Positions 51,422 to 61,531 of a stretch of DNA of 64,000 bases are shown here, piece after piece. The DNA comes from an uncultured Chloroflexia bacterium (GTDB lineage: Bacteria; Chloroflexota; Limnocylindria; Limnocylindrales; CSP1-4). The notes beneath the pieces were generated by a model. It was not told the DNA's origin, did no database searches, and saw only the letters and a program-made list of their open reading frames with translations. Made by a program: the position numbers and the translations under genes. The stretch covers positions 224,001-288,000 of the forward strand of contig CAVTHS010000014.1 of the NCBI GenBank assembly GCA_963734535.1, given 5' to 3'. The number at the start of each line of letters is the position of its first letter. Positions within the stretch are counted from its first letter, which is position 1.

Positions 51422-53470
51422 TCAAGCCTCGCGCAGTGGCCGGCTGGCGAGCCCGGCAAGCCCGGCCGCCAGCGTGATCACGCCGAAGACCACGAGCACC
51501 GGCCCCACCCCAGCGGCGTCGCCCAGGAGGCCGCTGGCCGCCATCGCGAACGTCATGGCCCCGAAGACCGCGGAGAACCGGAAGCCGATCACCCGCCCGA
51601 TCATGTCGCCGGGTGTCCGTTCCTGGAAGAGCGTCTGGGTCGGGATGATGAAGACCATGTTCGAGATGCCCATCGCGAACGCCAGGCCAAGCGCGAGCGG
51701 CAGGTTGTTGGTCAGGCCCAGGCCGACCACCGCGAGGCCGTACACGGCGTAGCCGCCGATCACCATCCGGCCCTTCGCGATCCGCGAACCCAGCAGGCCG
51801 ATCACGAACCCGCCGAGCAGGTTGCCGACGCCGATCGCCGTCTCGATGAAGGCGTAGGCGGCGGTCCAGTCGAGCGACCCGAGTCGCAGGACCACCTTCG
51901 CGTAGAGCGGCGTGAGCGCGATCGTCGCGCCGACCGTCAGCTGCCCCGCGACCGCCTGCAGCGTGTTGGCGAAGAGGACGGGCTCGCGACGAAGGAATCG
52001 CCAGCCGGCGGACAGGTCGGCGCGGATCCCGGCCAGCCCGGGGACGGGGTCGGCCGACCCAGCCGAGCGGACCACCGGCGGGATCACCACCACCATCACC
52101 AGGAGGGCCGACGCGACATACGACACGGAGTCGAGCCAGAACGCCAGCGGCAGCGCGCTCCCGAGGAACGCCACGAACAGCCCCGCGAAGGGATAGCCGA
52201 TGACGTCGGCCAGGGTCTCGTTGAGCCATGTCGCGGCGTTCGCCGACACGAGCTCATCCTCGTGCACGACCCTCGGCAGGACGGCCGTCCGGGCCGGCCG
52301 GAAGAAGATCGAGACGGTCGTCAGGAGGAAGACCAGCGGGTAGGCCAGCACGACGCTCACGCCGACGCCCGCGGGAATGAGCACGACGATCCCCGCGCGA
52401 ATGAGGTCGCTCGCGATCAGGACGTGCTTCTGGTTCCAGCGGTCGACCAGGACGCCCGCGAGCGGTCCGAAGAGGAGGTTCGGCAGCGTCGCCGCAACGA
52501 ACGTCAGGGCGCCCGCGATCGCCGAGTTCGTGGTCCCGTAGACAAGCGCCGCCAGCGCCACCTGGTGGATCCGGTCGCCGAAGAGGCTGATCACCTGCCC
52601 CGTCTGCAGCGCGGAGAAGGATCCGTTGACTGCGAGCCGAACGTACGGGTGATGGCGCGCCCGGATCGCGACCGTCCGGAGGACGCCGGGCAGGAGCGGT
52701 GCCGTGACGCCGCCCGACGACATCGGCGCCGGTGTTGCCAGCCCCGCGCCCGAGCCGCCCAGGATCATCGGCCGCTCCAGCGCAGCGATGCCAACCAGGC
52801 TCGCCGCGAGGCCGGTCCCTGCGCGCACGCCGCCCGTCTGCTCGGAGCCGGGCGATCCGGCCAGGACCACCGGCTGGCTCGGGTCGGCGCTTCGGAGCGT
52901 GCGGCCGTCCGACCCGACCTCGTCCGCGTGACGCACCATGCCCGCGAACAGGAAGAACCCGAGTCCGACGTCGAGGATCACGTCGCCGATCGAGAGAACA
53001 TTGCGCAGGAACGGCAGCGGAACCGGGATCACGTCGCCCAGCGGGCCCGCCGACCACATGAAGGCGGCGTCCAGGCTCGCCGGCAGGATCACGTGGATGG
53101 GCGAGAGGACGTCCGCCCGGCCGAACCCGGCCGCGACGAGGCTCGGTTCCCAGATTGGCATGAAGCCGCCGTTCACCAGGATCGCCGTGGCGTTGAGCCC
53201 GATCCCGACGAGCGCCAGGCTCATGCCCGGCCTCGCCCGGTTCGCCCACAGCCCGATGGCAAGGACGCCATAGGCGGCGGCAAGAAGCGGAACCCGCAGC
53301 GTCTCGGCGATGGCGACGTCCCGGCCCAGCGCCGCCTCGGTACCCAGGCGAAGGGCGAGCGCGCCGAAGATCACGAGCGGCCAGCGGAGGCGGATCGAGA
53401 TGAGGTTGTCGATGCGGCCGCCGACCGCGAACCCCGCGACCAGCCCGATGATCAGCCCCGCGATCAGCAC
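51422..53470 (-). CDS. DUF5317 domain fused to an MFS transporter (DHA3/macrolide-efflux-like)
   Basis: N-terminal GG..DNL..IRLRW, N..AILVNGGFMP, LGDVI, SIGDV; C-terminal GQVISLFGD, AGVLVDRWN, SDLIRA, FFRPA, GRV. Confidence 0.8.
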   Translation of the reverse strand: MLIAGLIIGLVAGFAVGGRIDNLISIRLRWPLVIFGALALRLGTEAALGRDVAIAETLRVPLLAAAYGVLAIGLWANRARPGMSLALVGIGLNATAILVNGGFMPIWEPSLVAAGFGRADVLSPIHVILPASLDAAFMWSAGPLGDVIPVPLPFLRNVLSIGDVILDVGLGFFLFAGMVRHADEVGSDGRTLRSADPSQPVVLAGSPGSEQTGGVRAGTGLAASLVGIAALERPMILGGSGAGLATPAPMSSGGVTAPLLPGVLRTVAIRARHHPYVRLAVNGSFSALQTGQVISLFGDRIHQVALAALVYGTTNSAIAGALTFVAATLPNLLFGPLAGVLVDRWNQKHVLIASDLIRAGIVVLIPAGVGVSVVLAYPLVFLLTTVSIFFRPARTAVLPRVVHEDELVSANAATWLNETLADVIGYPFAGLFVAFLGSALPLAFWLDSVSYVASALLVMVVVIPPVVRSAGSADPVPGLAGIRADLSAGWRFLRREPVLFANTLQAVAGQLTVGATIALTPLYAKVVLRLGSLDWTAAYAFIETAIGVGNLLGGFVIGLLGSRIAKGRMVIGGYAVYGLAVVGLGLTNNLPLALGLAFAMGISNMVFIIPTQTLFQERTPGDMIGRVIGFRFSAVFGAMTFAMAASGLLGDAAGVGPVLVVFGVITLAAGLAGLASRPLREA

Positions 53471-54885
53471 GGCTGGGCGGGGGTCAGGAAGCGTCCGTGG
53501 GTGGGCCGCCCGGCGCAGCCGGCGGAATCATCCGCGCCGCGGCCTGGGCGAGGAGCGGGACAGGTCGCGACTCGGTCGGGCGCCCGGGCGTCTGCCACGT
53601 CCTTGGCCCACGACGTGCGCACGAACGCGTCGACCATCACCGGATCGAACTGGACGCCCGCGTACTTGCGCAGCTCCGCGAGTGCCTGCTCGCGCGACAA
53701 CGGCCGCATCCGATACGGGCGCGCCGACGTCATCGCCTCGAACGCGTCGGCCACGTGGAGCACGCGCGCCAGCTTGGGGATCTCGTCGCCCATGAGCCGA
53801 TCCGGGTACCCGGAGCCGTTGTACCACTCGTGGTGGTGCCGGATGATCGGCAGCTCCGGGGCCAGCTTCCCGACGTGGGCAATGATGTTGGCCCCGATCA
53901 CCGGGTGCCGGTTCATGAGCGCCCGCTCGTCCCGCGTCAGCTTGTCCTGCTTGAGCAGCACGCTGTCCGGCACCCCGATCTTGCCGATGTCGTGCAGCAG
54001 CCCGCCCCACTCGAGGGCCTGGATCTCGTCGTCCTTCAACCGCATCACGTGCCCCATGTCCACCGAGATCAGCTGCACGCGCTCGCTGTGACCGGACGTG
54101 AAGGTATCCCTCGCATCGACTGCCTGCGCGAGTGCCCCGATGGTCTGCGTGAACATCTCCTGCACTTCGACGACTTGACGAAGTGCGACTCGCATGATGT
54201 AGATGGGCAGGACGCGAAGAAGAGAGTTGCCCACCATCCGACCTCGAGAGGCGATAGATCTGCGTCATCAGCCAAGCCAGGGGAGCGAGTGCAACCCTGT
54301 CGCGAAGAACGTCGGTCGATCCCCGAGCAAGACCGTTCTGGTCGATTGCTGCGTTCGAAGGGCGACCGTTATTGATGTGAAGCTCACGTTGAGCGCAAAG
54401 AACACAGACGCAGCCCGGCGAGCGTCGATACGAAGTCGCCGGCCGGAGCGGTTGATCCCGACGCCCGAGTTCCGTCAGGACGATCTGACGCCCGAACGTC
54501 CCGCTGCGATCGCAGGAACAACAAGTCCCGCGTGGTTGGCAAGGGTTCCGTACCACGGGACCCGACCCGAGTCTCCCGATACTCCTTGTCCCGATGGCGC
54601 GACGATCGCAGCCTGCGGCCTGGTCCTCCCAGACTCATCGCGGCGACGATTGGCGCGATCGACGTGTTGATGAGCGTAGCCCCGCGCCATCGGACTGGCA
54701 GAGCCGAGGCTAGGAGGGTCAGCCCCGTCCAGAAGACGATCCCGGCGAGGACGTCGATTGTCTCGGAGCCAAACAGGTCCAGCCGAATCTGCTATCTGAC
54801 AGGAATCACGACGACTCGTGACGACTAGCACAAGGTGCGCCGACCGTCACGAGCTCGCAATGTAGATGCTGAGGCTCTTAGGCAT
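53464..54885 (-). CDS. HD-GYP domain protein with an N-terminal multi-TM sensor region (TM part heavily frameshifted)
   Basis: DARD.FTSGHSERV, LLHDIGK, HP..G, HHHEWYNGSGYP, VADAFEAMTSARPYR, QFDP; upstream fragments MPKSLSIYI, GIVFWTGLTLLASALPV, PWYGTLANHAG; GAAGGGA RBS before ATG 54885. Confidence 0.82.
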
Positions 54886-54963
54886 CCGATCCCTTCAGGC
54901 GACCGTCGGCTGTCCTTGGACTGTAGACGTACCCGGACGAGCCGGAAGGTGAGACAGAAGTAC

Positions 54964-55053
54964 CTAGAACCCCTTCAGTGATGCTCCCCCAGCAATAACG
55001 GCCGCGCCGATAGGCCGACGGTACCGCGAGGAGGGCGCAGTCCGAGTCTTCAT
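54964..55053 (-). CDS. Small peptide (29 aa), candidate signalling precursor
   Basis: MKTRTAPSSRYRRPIGAAVIAGGASLKGF*; GGGAG upstream; co-oriented directly 5' of the HD-GYP gene. Confidence 0.6.
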   Translation of the reverse strand: MKTRTAPSSRYRRPIGAAVIAGGASLKGF

Positions 55054-55267
55054 CACTGGAGACCTAGCTCCCGTCCCCTGCCGTCAGAAGCCCTTGGAAC
55101 CGAACTCGGGACCCATCGTGTGCCCTCCAATGGGTTTCCGTGCCCCCGCGAAATCACGAAAACCGACCTAACAGATTGGTCGGTCGGTTGCACTAGTCGC
55201 TCCACCTCCCCCCTAAGTGCCCATTTCGGGAGGAGGTATCAGCGCGTCCGCTTGTTCACTTTGCTTC

Positions 55268-55285
55268 CTAGTACCGCGGTACTAG
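55268..55285. promoter_or_regulatory. Perfect 18-bp palindrome upstream of the peptide gene
   Basis: CTAGTACCGCGGTACTAG is self-complementary. Confidence 0.5.
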
Positions 55286-55344
55286 TCGGCGAACCGGACT
55301 TTAGGCTGCTGCGCGAGCAACGGTCAATACCGAACCCTCCCTAT

Positions 55345-58300
55345 CTAGCCCAAGAGATCCTCAAGGTGAGGCGGATCAAGGCCGAGGTCCCGCTGACCCA
55401 GTGAGTAGTGTCCGTACTGTTCGGCCGCGGCAGCGTAGGCGCCGACCAAGGTATAGAGCCGTATCACGGTCTTCTCGACCTCGTCGAGTTGCGGGTCAAT
55501 CTCAATGGCCCGCTGAGCGAGGCGCATCGCACGATCGATCTGACCAGTGTCTGCATCGTGCGTCGACCGCGCGCTCCACGATCTCGAGGTATCTCGCGTG
55601 CATCGATGCTCTCGGATCGGGGCCGCCCATTCTTCGTAGGTGAAGTCGAGGGCGAATCGTCCCGAGTAGATCTGTGACACGCGATCGGCCTGGGCCGGGG
55701 TCGCGAGAGCGCCGATCGACGCTGCAATACGTCGATACTCATGGCTTCTGCTCGTAACTAGGTCGGAGTCTAGCCACAGCACATCGGGGTCGTGATGCAG
55801 ATACCCGGGGCTCAAGTCCTCCGACGTAGTCGGGCTCGAATACGCGACGGAGGAAGTAGACGGTCTGGTGCAGTGAGTTGGCGGCCTGCTCCGGATCCTG
55901 ATCCGGCCACAGCGCGTCAAGTACCTGGTCCCGCGTTGCCGACATCTTTGGCTGAGCTAACAGGAAGCAAAGGAGCGCAAGAGCCTTCCGGCGGATCGTC
56001 GTCCCCGGTATCTCCATCGAACCAACCCAGATAACCAATCCGGCCGAGATCGTCGACATAGACCAAGTCGGCAACTCGACGGGCGAGCGACTTACCGAAG
56101 TCTGGATGACGGAGTTGTCCCTTGGACTCCTTCGAAGCCAGCCGGAGTAGGCGAACGTCCTCTTTGGTCCCGATTACCTCCAGGAGGCGGGCGGCTTGCC
56201 ATCGCTCTCGGCCTCCTGGAGCTGCAACGAGAATGCGAATTGGCGATTCGCCAGCGACGCGGGCGTGACTCAGCCTCTGCAGCGGACGACGTCGATCGCA
56301 GCGTCGGACAGGTCGGCGATCCTCCGGAGCACTGCCTCTGCCCGAACGCTCAAGAGCGCGCGATCGCGGAGCCCGATGGCGCTGACGATCGCCGACGCTT
56401 CGTCCGGCGTGGCAGATAGTCCACGCAACAGCGATGCGTCGATAAGGCGACCCAGCGCGCTGCTTGCCGCCGGGCTAACGTTTCGAGCGCTAGTCGAGAC
56501 GCGGGATCAACCGTTCCGAATGCGAGAACTCGCGAATTCAGTGCGCCAGCAGACGCTGGACGTGGAAGGCGGGGTATCCCGTCAGGACTCCGCAGGCATT
56601 CGGCGGATATGTGAGCCCGCGTCGCCTCGCCCACCTCACCAGGTCTTCCAGCCGCGAGAGCTGTCTCCGGTGAGAAGCTGGAAGCACTCCAGGGAGGCAT
56701 CTGGAGCACCCAGAAGGTCGGCCTCCGCAGCAGTCTGAGAGGCGCGCGTCCGGATCGTCGTAGGCTCCAATGATCTCGGCGCCCTCGACGAGGCTCTCAA
56801 ATCGCGTCCCGGCTCTCGCTGCCTCGAGCGAGTGTCACGTCCAGCTTCGCCTCCGCCTCGACCCAATCGCCGTCGTGGGCAAGGGCCCAAGCCTACAGTG
56901 TCTGCACCGACGATATTTCCGTTCCCGCGGAGGAGCGGCTAAGCGCATCCACGGCGCCAGCCGCCCGCGTCGCGGGTTGCGTGCACGTCGCCTCGAGCAC
57001 GCAACATCCACGCGGCATTCAAGAGCGAGATGCCTTGGTAGTGCCAGTAGCCCCGCCGCTCGAATCGGGTTGCGAGGTCCGCGATAGGCATGGATCGACA
57101 CCGCCGAGGTCTCCGTCGACGGGAATGATTCGAGCCAAGTCATGGCATCCGCGAGGGTGGCGATCGCTCGCCGGTTCTTCCGACAGAGATCGCGCCGCCC
57201 AGCGAACGGCGCGTTCGTAGGTCGCCTACCCCATAAGACGCGTTCATCATTGACCCCATCGCGATAGCAACGGTCATGCGACCGGTCGCTTCCTCCGACG
57301 ACACGATCGATGGCACCTGCGGCAGCCGCGGCTGCTCCGGCCGGATCACCGGCACGGAGTCGTCCTGATGCCACTATCACGTCGTGCCAGGCGCCGAGGG
57401 TGGCGGGGTCGAGATGGGAGGCGAGCTGCTCGGCGTCCTTGTAGGCGCCGGAGCCGAGGATGACGGGGACTGCCGCCGAGAGGACTCGGACGGCGTCGTC
57501 GGCCAGGTCGGCGGCGGCGAAGTGGTACGCCGCGACCGACCACGAGGCAGGCTCCGCGGCGCGCGCGATGCGGGCGTGGATCTGGCGGACCGCGATCGCC
57601 CCGACGGCGTCGTGCAGCCGGCCCTCCAGGAACGTCCGGACGAGCGGGTGGAAGAGGCGTCCGGCCTGCCCGGTTCGGCCGCGTCGCGACAGGAGACCCG
57701 CACCCTCGGCGGCGTCGAGGAAGCCGCGAGCGGCCTCCGGGGTGACCTCGGCGGCCGCGGACGCGAGCTCCGGCGTGACGACGGCCAGCAGGCAGCTCCG
57801 CTCGACGAAATCCTGGGCGGCACGTGGCATGCGCCCGACGACCTCCTCGGCAAGGTAGTCGTGCAGGTCGCCCTGCCGACCGGACAGGCCGCGGATGACG
57901 GTCCGAACCTCGTCGCGCGGCCGCCCGCGGACCACGGACTCGACGAGCCGCAGCGTGGCCGCCCATCCCTCGGTGGTGCGGGCGAGGTCGTCGAGGAGGT
58001 CGCGCTCGAGCGGGTCGTGGTAGGTGTCCCGGAAGAGGCGCTCCGTCTCGTCGCGGTCGAATCGCAGGTCGTCGGTGCCGATCTCGGCCGCTTCGCCGAT
58101 TGCGCGGAGGCGGGCGAGGGGGAGCGTTGGCCGCGTCCGCGAGGCGATGACGACCGCCAGCCGGTCGGGACCGCGGACCACGAGCTCACGGACGATCTCG
58201 CGGATCTCCGGGACGTCGTCCACCTGCTGGTAGTCGTCGAGGACCAGCGCCGTGCCGACCACCGCCCAGGCACGAAGCTCCGCCAGGAGTGTCCTGACGA

Positions 58301-58832
58301 TCGCGCTCCGGTTGTCGAGGGTCGCCGCGAGCTCGCGCAGGAGGCCTGCCGTGTTCGGGGCGAACTCCGGATCGATCTCGCGACCGGCGGCGACGATGTG
58401 ATGGATGAACACGGCCCAGTCGCGGTCGTGCTCGTCCAGGCGATACCAGAGCGTGCGCACGCGGGTACGCCGGCTCCAGTCCGCGAGGAGCGTGGTCTTC
58501 CCATAGCCCGGCTCGGCGATGACGAGGGCGAGCCGGGACCGCGTCTTCGCGTGCAGCCAGTCGATCAGCCGGTCGCGCCGGAGCGTCTCCTCCGGGAGCA
58601 TGGGCGGCTGGATCTTGCCGATCTGGACCGGATAGCCGAAGACTTCCACGTCGTCCTGCTGGGCAGCGCTCGGAGTCCGATGCGAGACGGGACCCGGCCC
58701 AACCGGGACGAGGCGTGTCGGGACCGTCTGCGGATCACGGGCGAGCGGGTGTGCCGACCACCGACCGCCCACCTGGGCGTGGGCGGGGGTCAGGGAAGCC
58801 GGGCCGGGAGCCGGGGAAGCCATCGCGGCCAT
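55345..58832 (-). CDS. MalT-like STAND ATPase with C-terminal winged helix + BTAD (SARP-type) regulator; distal half heavily frameshifted
   Basis: KIQPP..LRRDRL, AEPGYGKTT, WYRLD..DRD, LVLDDY, DLRF, TEGW, DYLAEEV, HPL; C-terminal fragments RRKALALLCFLL, RDQVLDALWPD..P..A.NSLHQTVYFLRR, YEEW, IDPQLDE. Confidence 0.78.
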
Positions 58833-58926
58833 CGTGCCGCGAAGTCCTCACCGGCGGCTTATCTGGACCGTCGCCGGGCCTCTCCCGCCCCTGGGGCGGT
58901 TCGCGCTCGCGCGCGGCGTATGCGTC

Positions 58927-59133
58927 TCAGGCGCCCTCGTACTCGAAGCCGATCTTGAGATCGACGCGGTACTCGACGATCTCCCCGTTCTCGACCGCGG
59001 CGGTCGACTTGACGACCTCGACCGTCCGGATGTTCCGGACGGTCCGAGAGGCGGTCGCCACGGCCTGCCGCGCGGCGTCGCTCCACGATTTCGGGCTCGT
59101 CCCGACCATCTCCCGGATGATGATCACGCCCAT
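58927..59133 (-). CDS. Dodecin (flavin-binding)
   Basis: EMVGTSPKSWSDAA..AV..AS.TVRNI, EYRVDLKIGF. Confidence 0.9.
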   Translation of the reverse strand: MGVIIIREMVGTSPKSWSDAARQAVATASRTVRNIRTVEVVKSTAAVENGEIVEYRVDLKIGFEYEGA

Positions 59134-59255
59134 TCGTGCCCTCCGTGCCCCAATCGCTGCGGTGCGCGGGGTCCCGCGACCGAGGACGGAAGTCTATGCG
59201 CGCCGGCTACGGCGGTGCGCCCCGCGTGCGACGGGCACCGGGTCAACGGAGCCGC

Positions 59256-60614
59256 TTACGGGGCCGCGCCCGCGTAGCGCTCGCCGGCATAGCTGACGAA
59301 GCGCGTCTGGCTCTTCTTGAACCAGAGGTCAACCTCGCCGGTGGGGCCGTTGCGGTGCTTGGCAAGCCGGAGCTTGACGACCTCGCCGTCCGCATCCTGG
59401 TCCTCGCCCCGCTCCTTCTCGCGCCACAGGAACACGACCAGGTCTGCGTCCTGCTCGATTGCGCCCGACTCGCGGAGGTCGGAGAGCCGGGGCTCCTTCG
59501 ACTCGCGCATCTCGGGCTGGCGCGACAGCTGCGAGAGCGCGACGACGGGAACGCGAAGCTCGCGGGCGAGCGCCTTCAACCCGCGGCTGATCTCCGAGAC
59601 TTCCTGGACGCGGTTCGAATCGCGCGCGGTGGATGACGCCTGCATGAGCTGGAGGTAGTCCACGATCACGAGGTCGAGGCCGACCTCCGCCTGCAGCCGC
59701 CGGGCCTTCGTGCGCAGCTCCATGGTGCTGATGTTCGGCGTGTCGTCGATGTAGATCGGCGCTTCGGACAGGCCGGTCATGGCCTTGGAGACGCCCACGA
59801 AGTCCATCTCGTCGAGGAAGCCCGTGCGCAGACGCTGGCTGTCGATGTTCCCGACCGAGCTGAGAAGCCGGAGAACGAGCTGCTCCTTGCTCATCTCCAG
59901 GCTGAAGATCCCCACGCTCTTGCGGGGCGTGTTGCTGATCGCGGCGAACTCCGCGATGTTCAGGGCGAGGCTGGTCTTGCCCACGGATGGGCGAGCGGCG
60001 ATCACGACGAGGTCCGACGGCTGCAGGCCGGTGGTGAGCGTGTCGAGGTCCGCGAAGCCCGTCCGGATGCCGCTGATCTCGCCGCGGTGGGTGTGCAGGT
60101 AGTCGAGCCGGTCGAACGCCTCGTGGAGGAGCGTCCGGAGCGGGCTGAACCCGGCGGCAACGCGGCGCTCCGAGACGGCGAAGAGCTCCGACTCGGCGCG
60201 GTCGATCGCTTCCTGGACTTCCGGCCCGTCCTCGTAGCCGATCCCGGCGATCTTTCCGGCCGCCGCGATCAGGTTTCGCAGCACGGACTTGCGTTCGACG
60301 ATCCGGGCGTACTGGGCGGCGAAGACGGCGGTGGGGGTCTGCTCGGAGAGCGACGAGAGGTACGCACGGCCGCCGATCTGCTCGAGGTCCCCGGCTCGCT
60401 CGAGCGCCTCGGCGACCGTGATGATGTCGATCGGCTCACGGCGCTCCCAGAGCTCCACCATCGACGCGTAGATGCGGCCGTGGGCCTGGCGGTAGAAATC
60501 GTCCGGGTGGACGATGTCGGCGACCTCGATGATCGCGTCGCGATCGATGAGGAGCGCTCCGAGGACGGACTGCTCGGCTTCGATGCTCTGGGGTGGAAGG
60601 CGGTCGAGGGACAC
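59256..60614 (-). CDS. dnaB: Replicative DNA helicase
   Basis: PPQSIEAEQSVLG, AARPSVGKT, FSLEMS, VDYLQLM, LSQLSR, SDLRESGAIEQDAD, KHRNGPTG. Confidence 0.98.
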   Translation of the reverse strand: MSLDRLPPQSIEAEQSVLGALLIDRDAIIEVADIVHPDDFYRQAHGRIYASMVELWERREPIDIITVAEALERAGDLEQIGGRAYLSSLSEQTPTAVFAAQYARIVERKSVLRNLIAAAGKIAGIGYEDGPEVQEAIDRAESELFAVSERRVAAGFSPLRTLLHEAFDRLDYLHTHRGEISGIRTGFADLDTLTTGLQPSDLVVIAARPSVGKTSLALNIAEFAAISNTPRKSVGIFSLEMSKEQLVLRLLSSVGNIDSQRLRTGFLDEMDFVGVSKAMTGLSEAPIYIDDTPNISTMELRTKARRLQAEVGLDLVIVDYLQLMQASSTARDSNRVQEVSEISRGLKALARELRVPVVALSQLSRQPEMRESKEPRLSDLRESGAIEQDADLVVFLWREKERGEDQDADGEVVKLRLAKHRNGPTGEVDLWFKKSQTRFVSYAGERYAGAAP

Positions 60615-60853
60615 GCGGACTCCGACGCTAGGGGCAGGAACCGGTCAATCGTGGCGGACGGACGGTGCTGACGCCACGGGGATGTCCACGAAGTGGCGGT
60701 GATATCCCCATTCAGCCGGGGCGGGTGGCGGGAAGCGTGGAAAGGGTGTGGACGGCTTCTCCAGGGTGAGTCGAACCGCCTGCGTGCGTCAGGCAGCTGG
60801 CCGTGCGGGCGGTAGTCGGGCGCCGGGCGGCAGCCCGCCGGCGAGTCAGTCTG

Positions 60854-61504
60854 TCAGTCGAGGCGGCGGATCACCCCGATGAGCTTGCCCTGGATTCGGA
60901 CGGCCTCGTAGTACTGCGGCGGATATGCGGGATTCGCAGGCTGGAGCCGGACGCGGCCGTCCTCCTTGAAGAACCGCTTGAGCGTGACCGCGTTCTCCTC
61001 GACCTGGGCGACGACGATGTCCCCGTTCCGGGCCGTCTGCTGGGGACGGATCACGACGTAGTCCCCGTCCGCGATCAGCGCCTCGATCATCGAATCCCCG
61101 CGGACCCGAAGCAGGTAGGCGTCCCCGGAAGGGGCGAGCATCTCGGGCACCGCCTGGTAGTCGCCGACCACCTGGTAGGCCTCGATAGGACCGCCCGCGG
61201 CGATCTCGCCGATCACCGGCAGCATGTGCGCCTCACGGGCAGCGGACTGGGGAGTCAGCTCCGTGGAGAGCCCGAGCGCGATGGCCGCCTTCGGCGTGAA
61301 GCGAAGCATCCGGCTCTGGGCAGCACCGCGCTCCAGGTACCCGTCCTCCTCGAGCGCCTTGAGGTGGTGATGGACGGCCGAGGTGGACGCAAGGCCGACG
61401 GCGCGCGCGATCTCGCGGACAGATGGGGGAACGCCAGTCGACCGGATCATCGCGGCAATGTAGTCGAGGATCTTCCGCTTCCGTTCCGCGTCGTGCTTGG
61501 TCAC
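60854..61504 (-). CDS. lexA: SOS repressor LexA
   Basis: PPSVREI...VGL.STS.VH.HL..L, IAAG cleavage site, VRGDSM, TLKRF. Confidence 0.96.
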   Translation of the reverse strand: MTKHDAERKRKILDYIAAMIRSTGVPPSVREIARAVGLASTSAVHHHLKALEEDGYLERGAAQSRMLRFTPKAAIALGLSTELTPQSAAREAHMLPVIGEIAAGGPIEAYQVVGDYQAVPEMLAPSGDAYLLRVRGDSMIEALIADGDYVVIRPQQTARNGDIVVAQVEENAVTLKRFFKEDGRVRLQPANPAYPPQYYEAVRIQGKLIGVIRRLD

Positions 61505-61531
61505 GCGAGCTCCTTTTCGACCATCGGGGGC

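Noticed and set aside
47036-54091. Very long ORFs 47036..50302 (+) and 50630..54091 (+), and similar shadow ORFs elsewhere
   Set aside because: Antisense to well-supported genes, Arg/Pro/Ala-rich and motif-free; expected from high GC content
3900-57300. Many frameshifted genes read as pseudogenes or programmed frameshifts
   Set aside because: Single-base indels hit unrelated and normally conserved genes (comF, cpaB, pcm, kinase, dehydrogenase) with no slippery motifs noted; most consistent with sequencing or assembly error
60615-60850. DnaA-box cluster or oriC upstream of dnaB
   Set aside because: Only degenerate matches (two or more mismatches to TTATCCACA), no AT-rich unwinding element and no dnaA nearby
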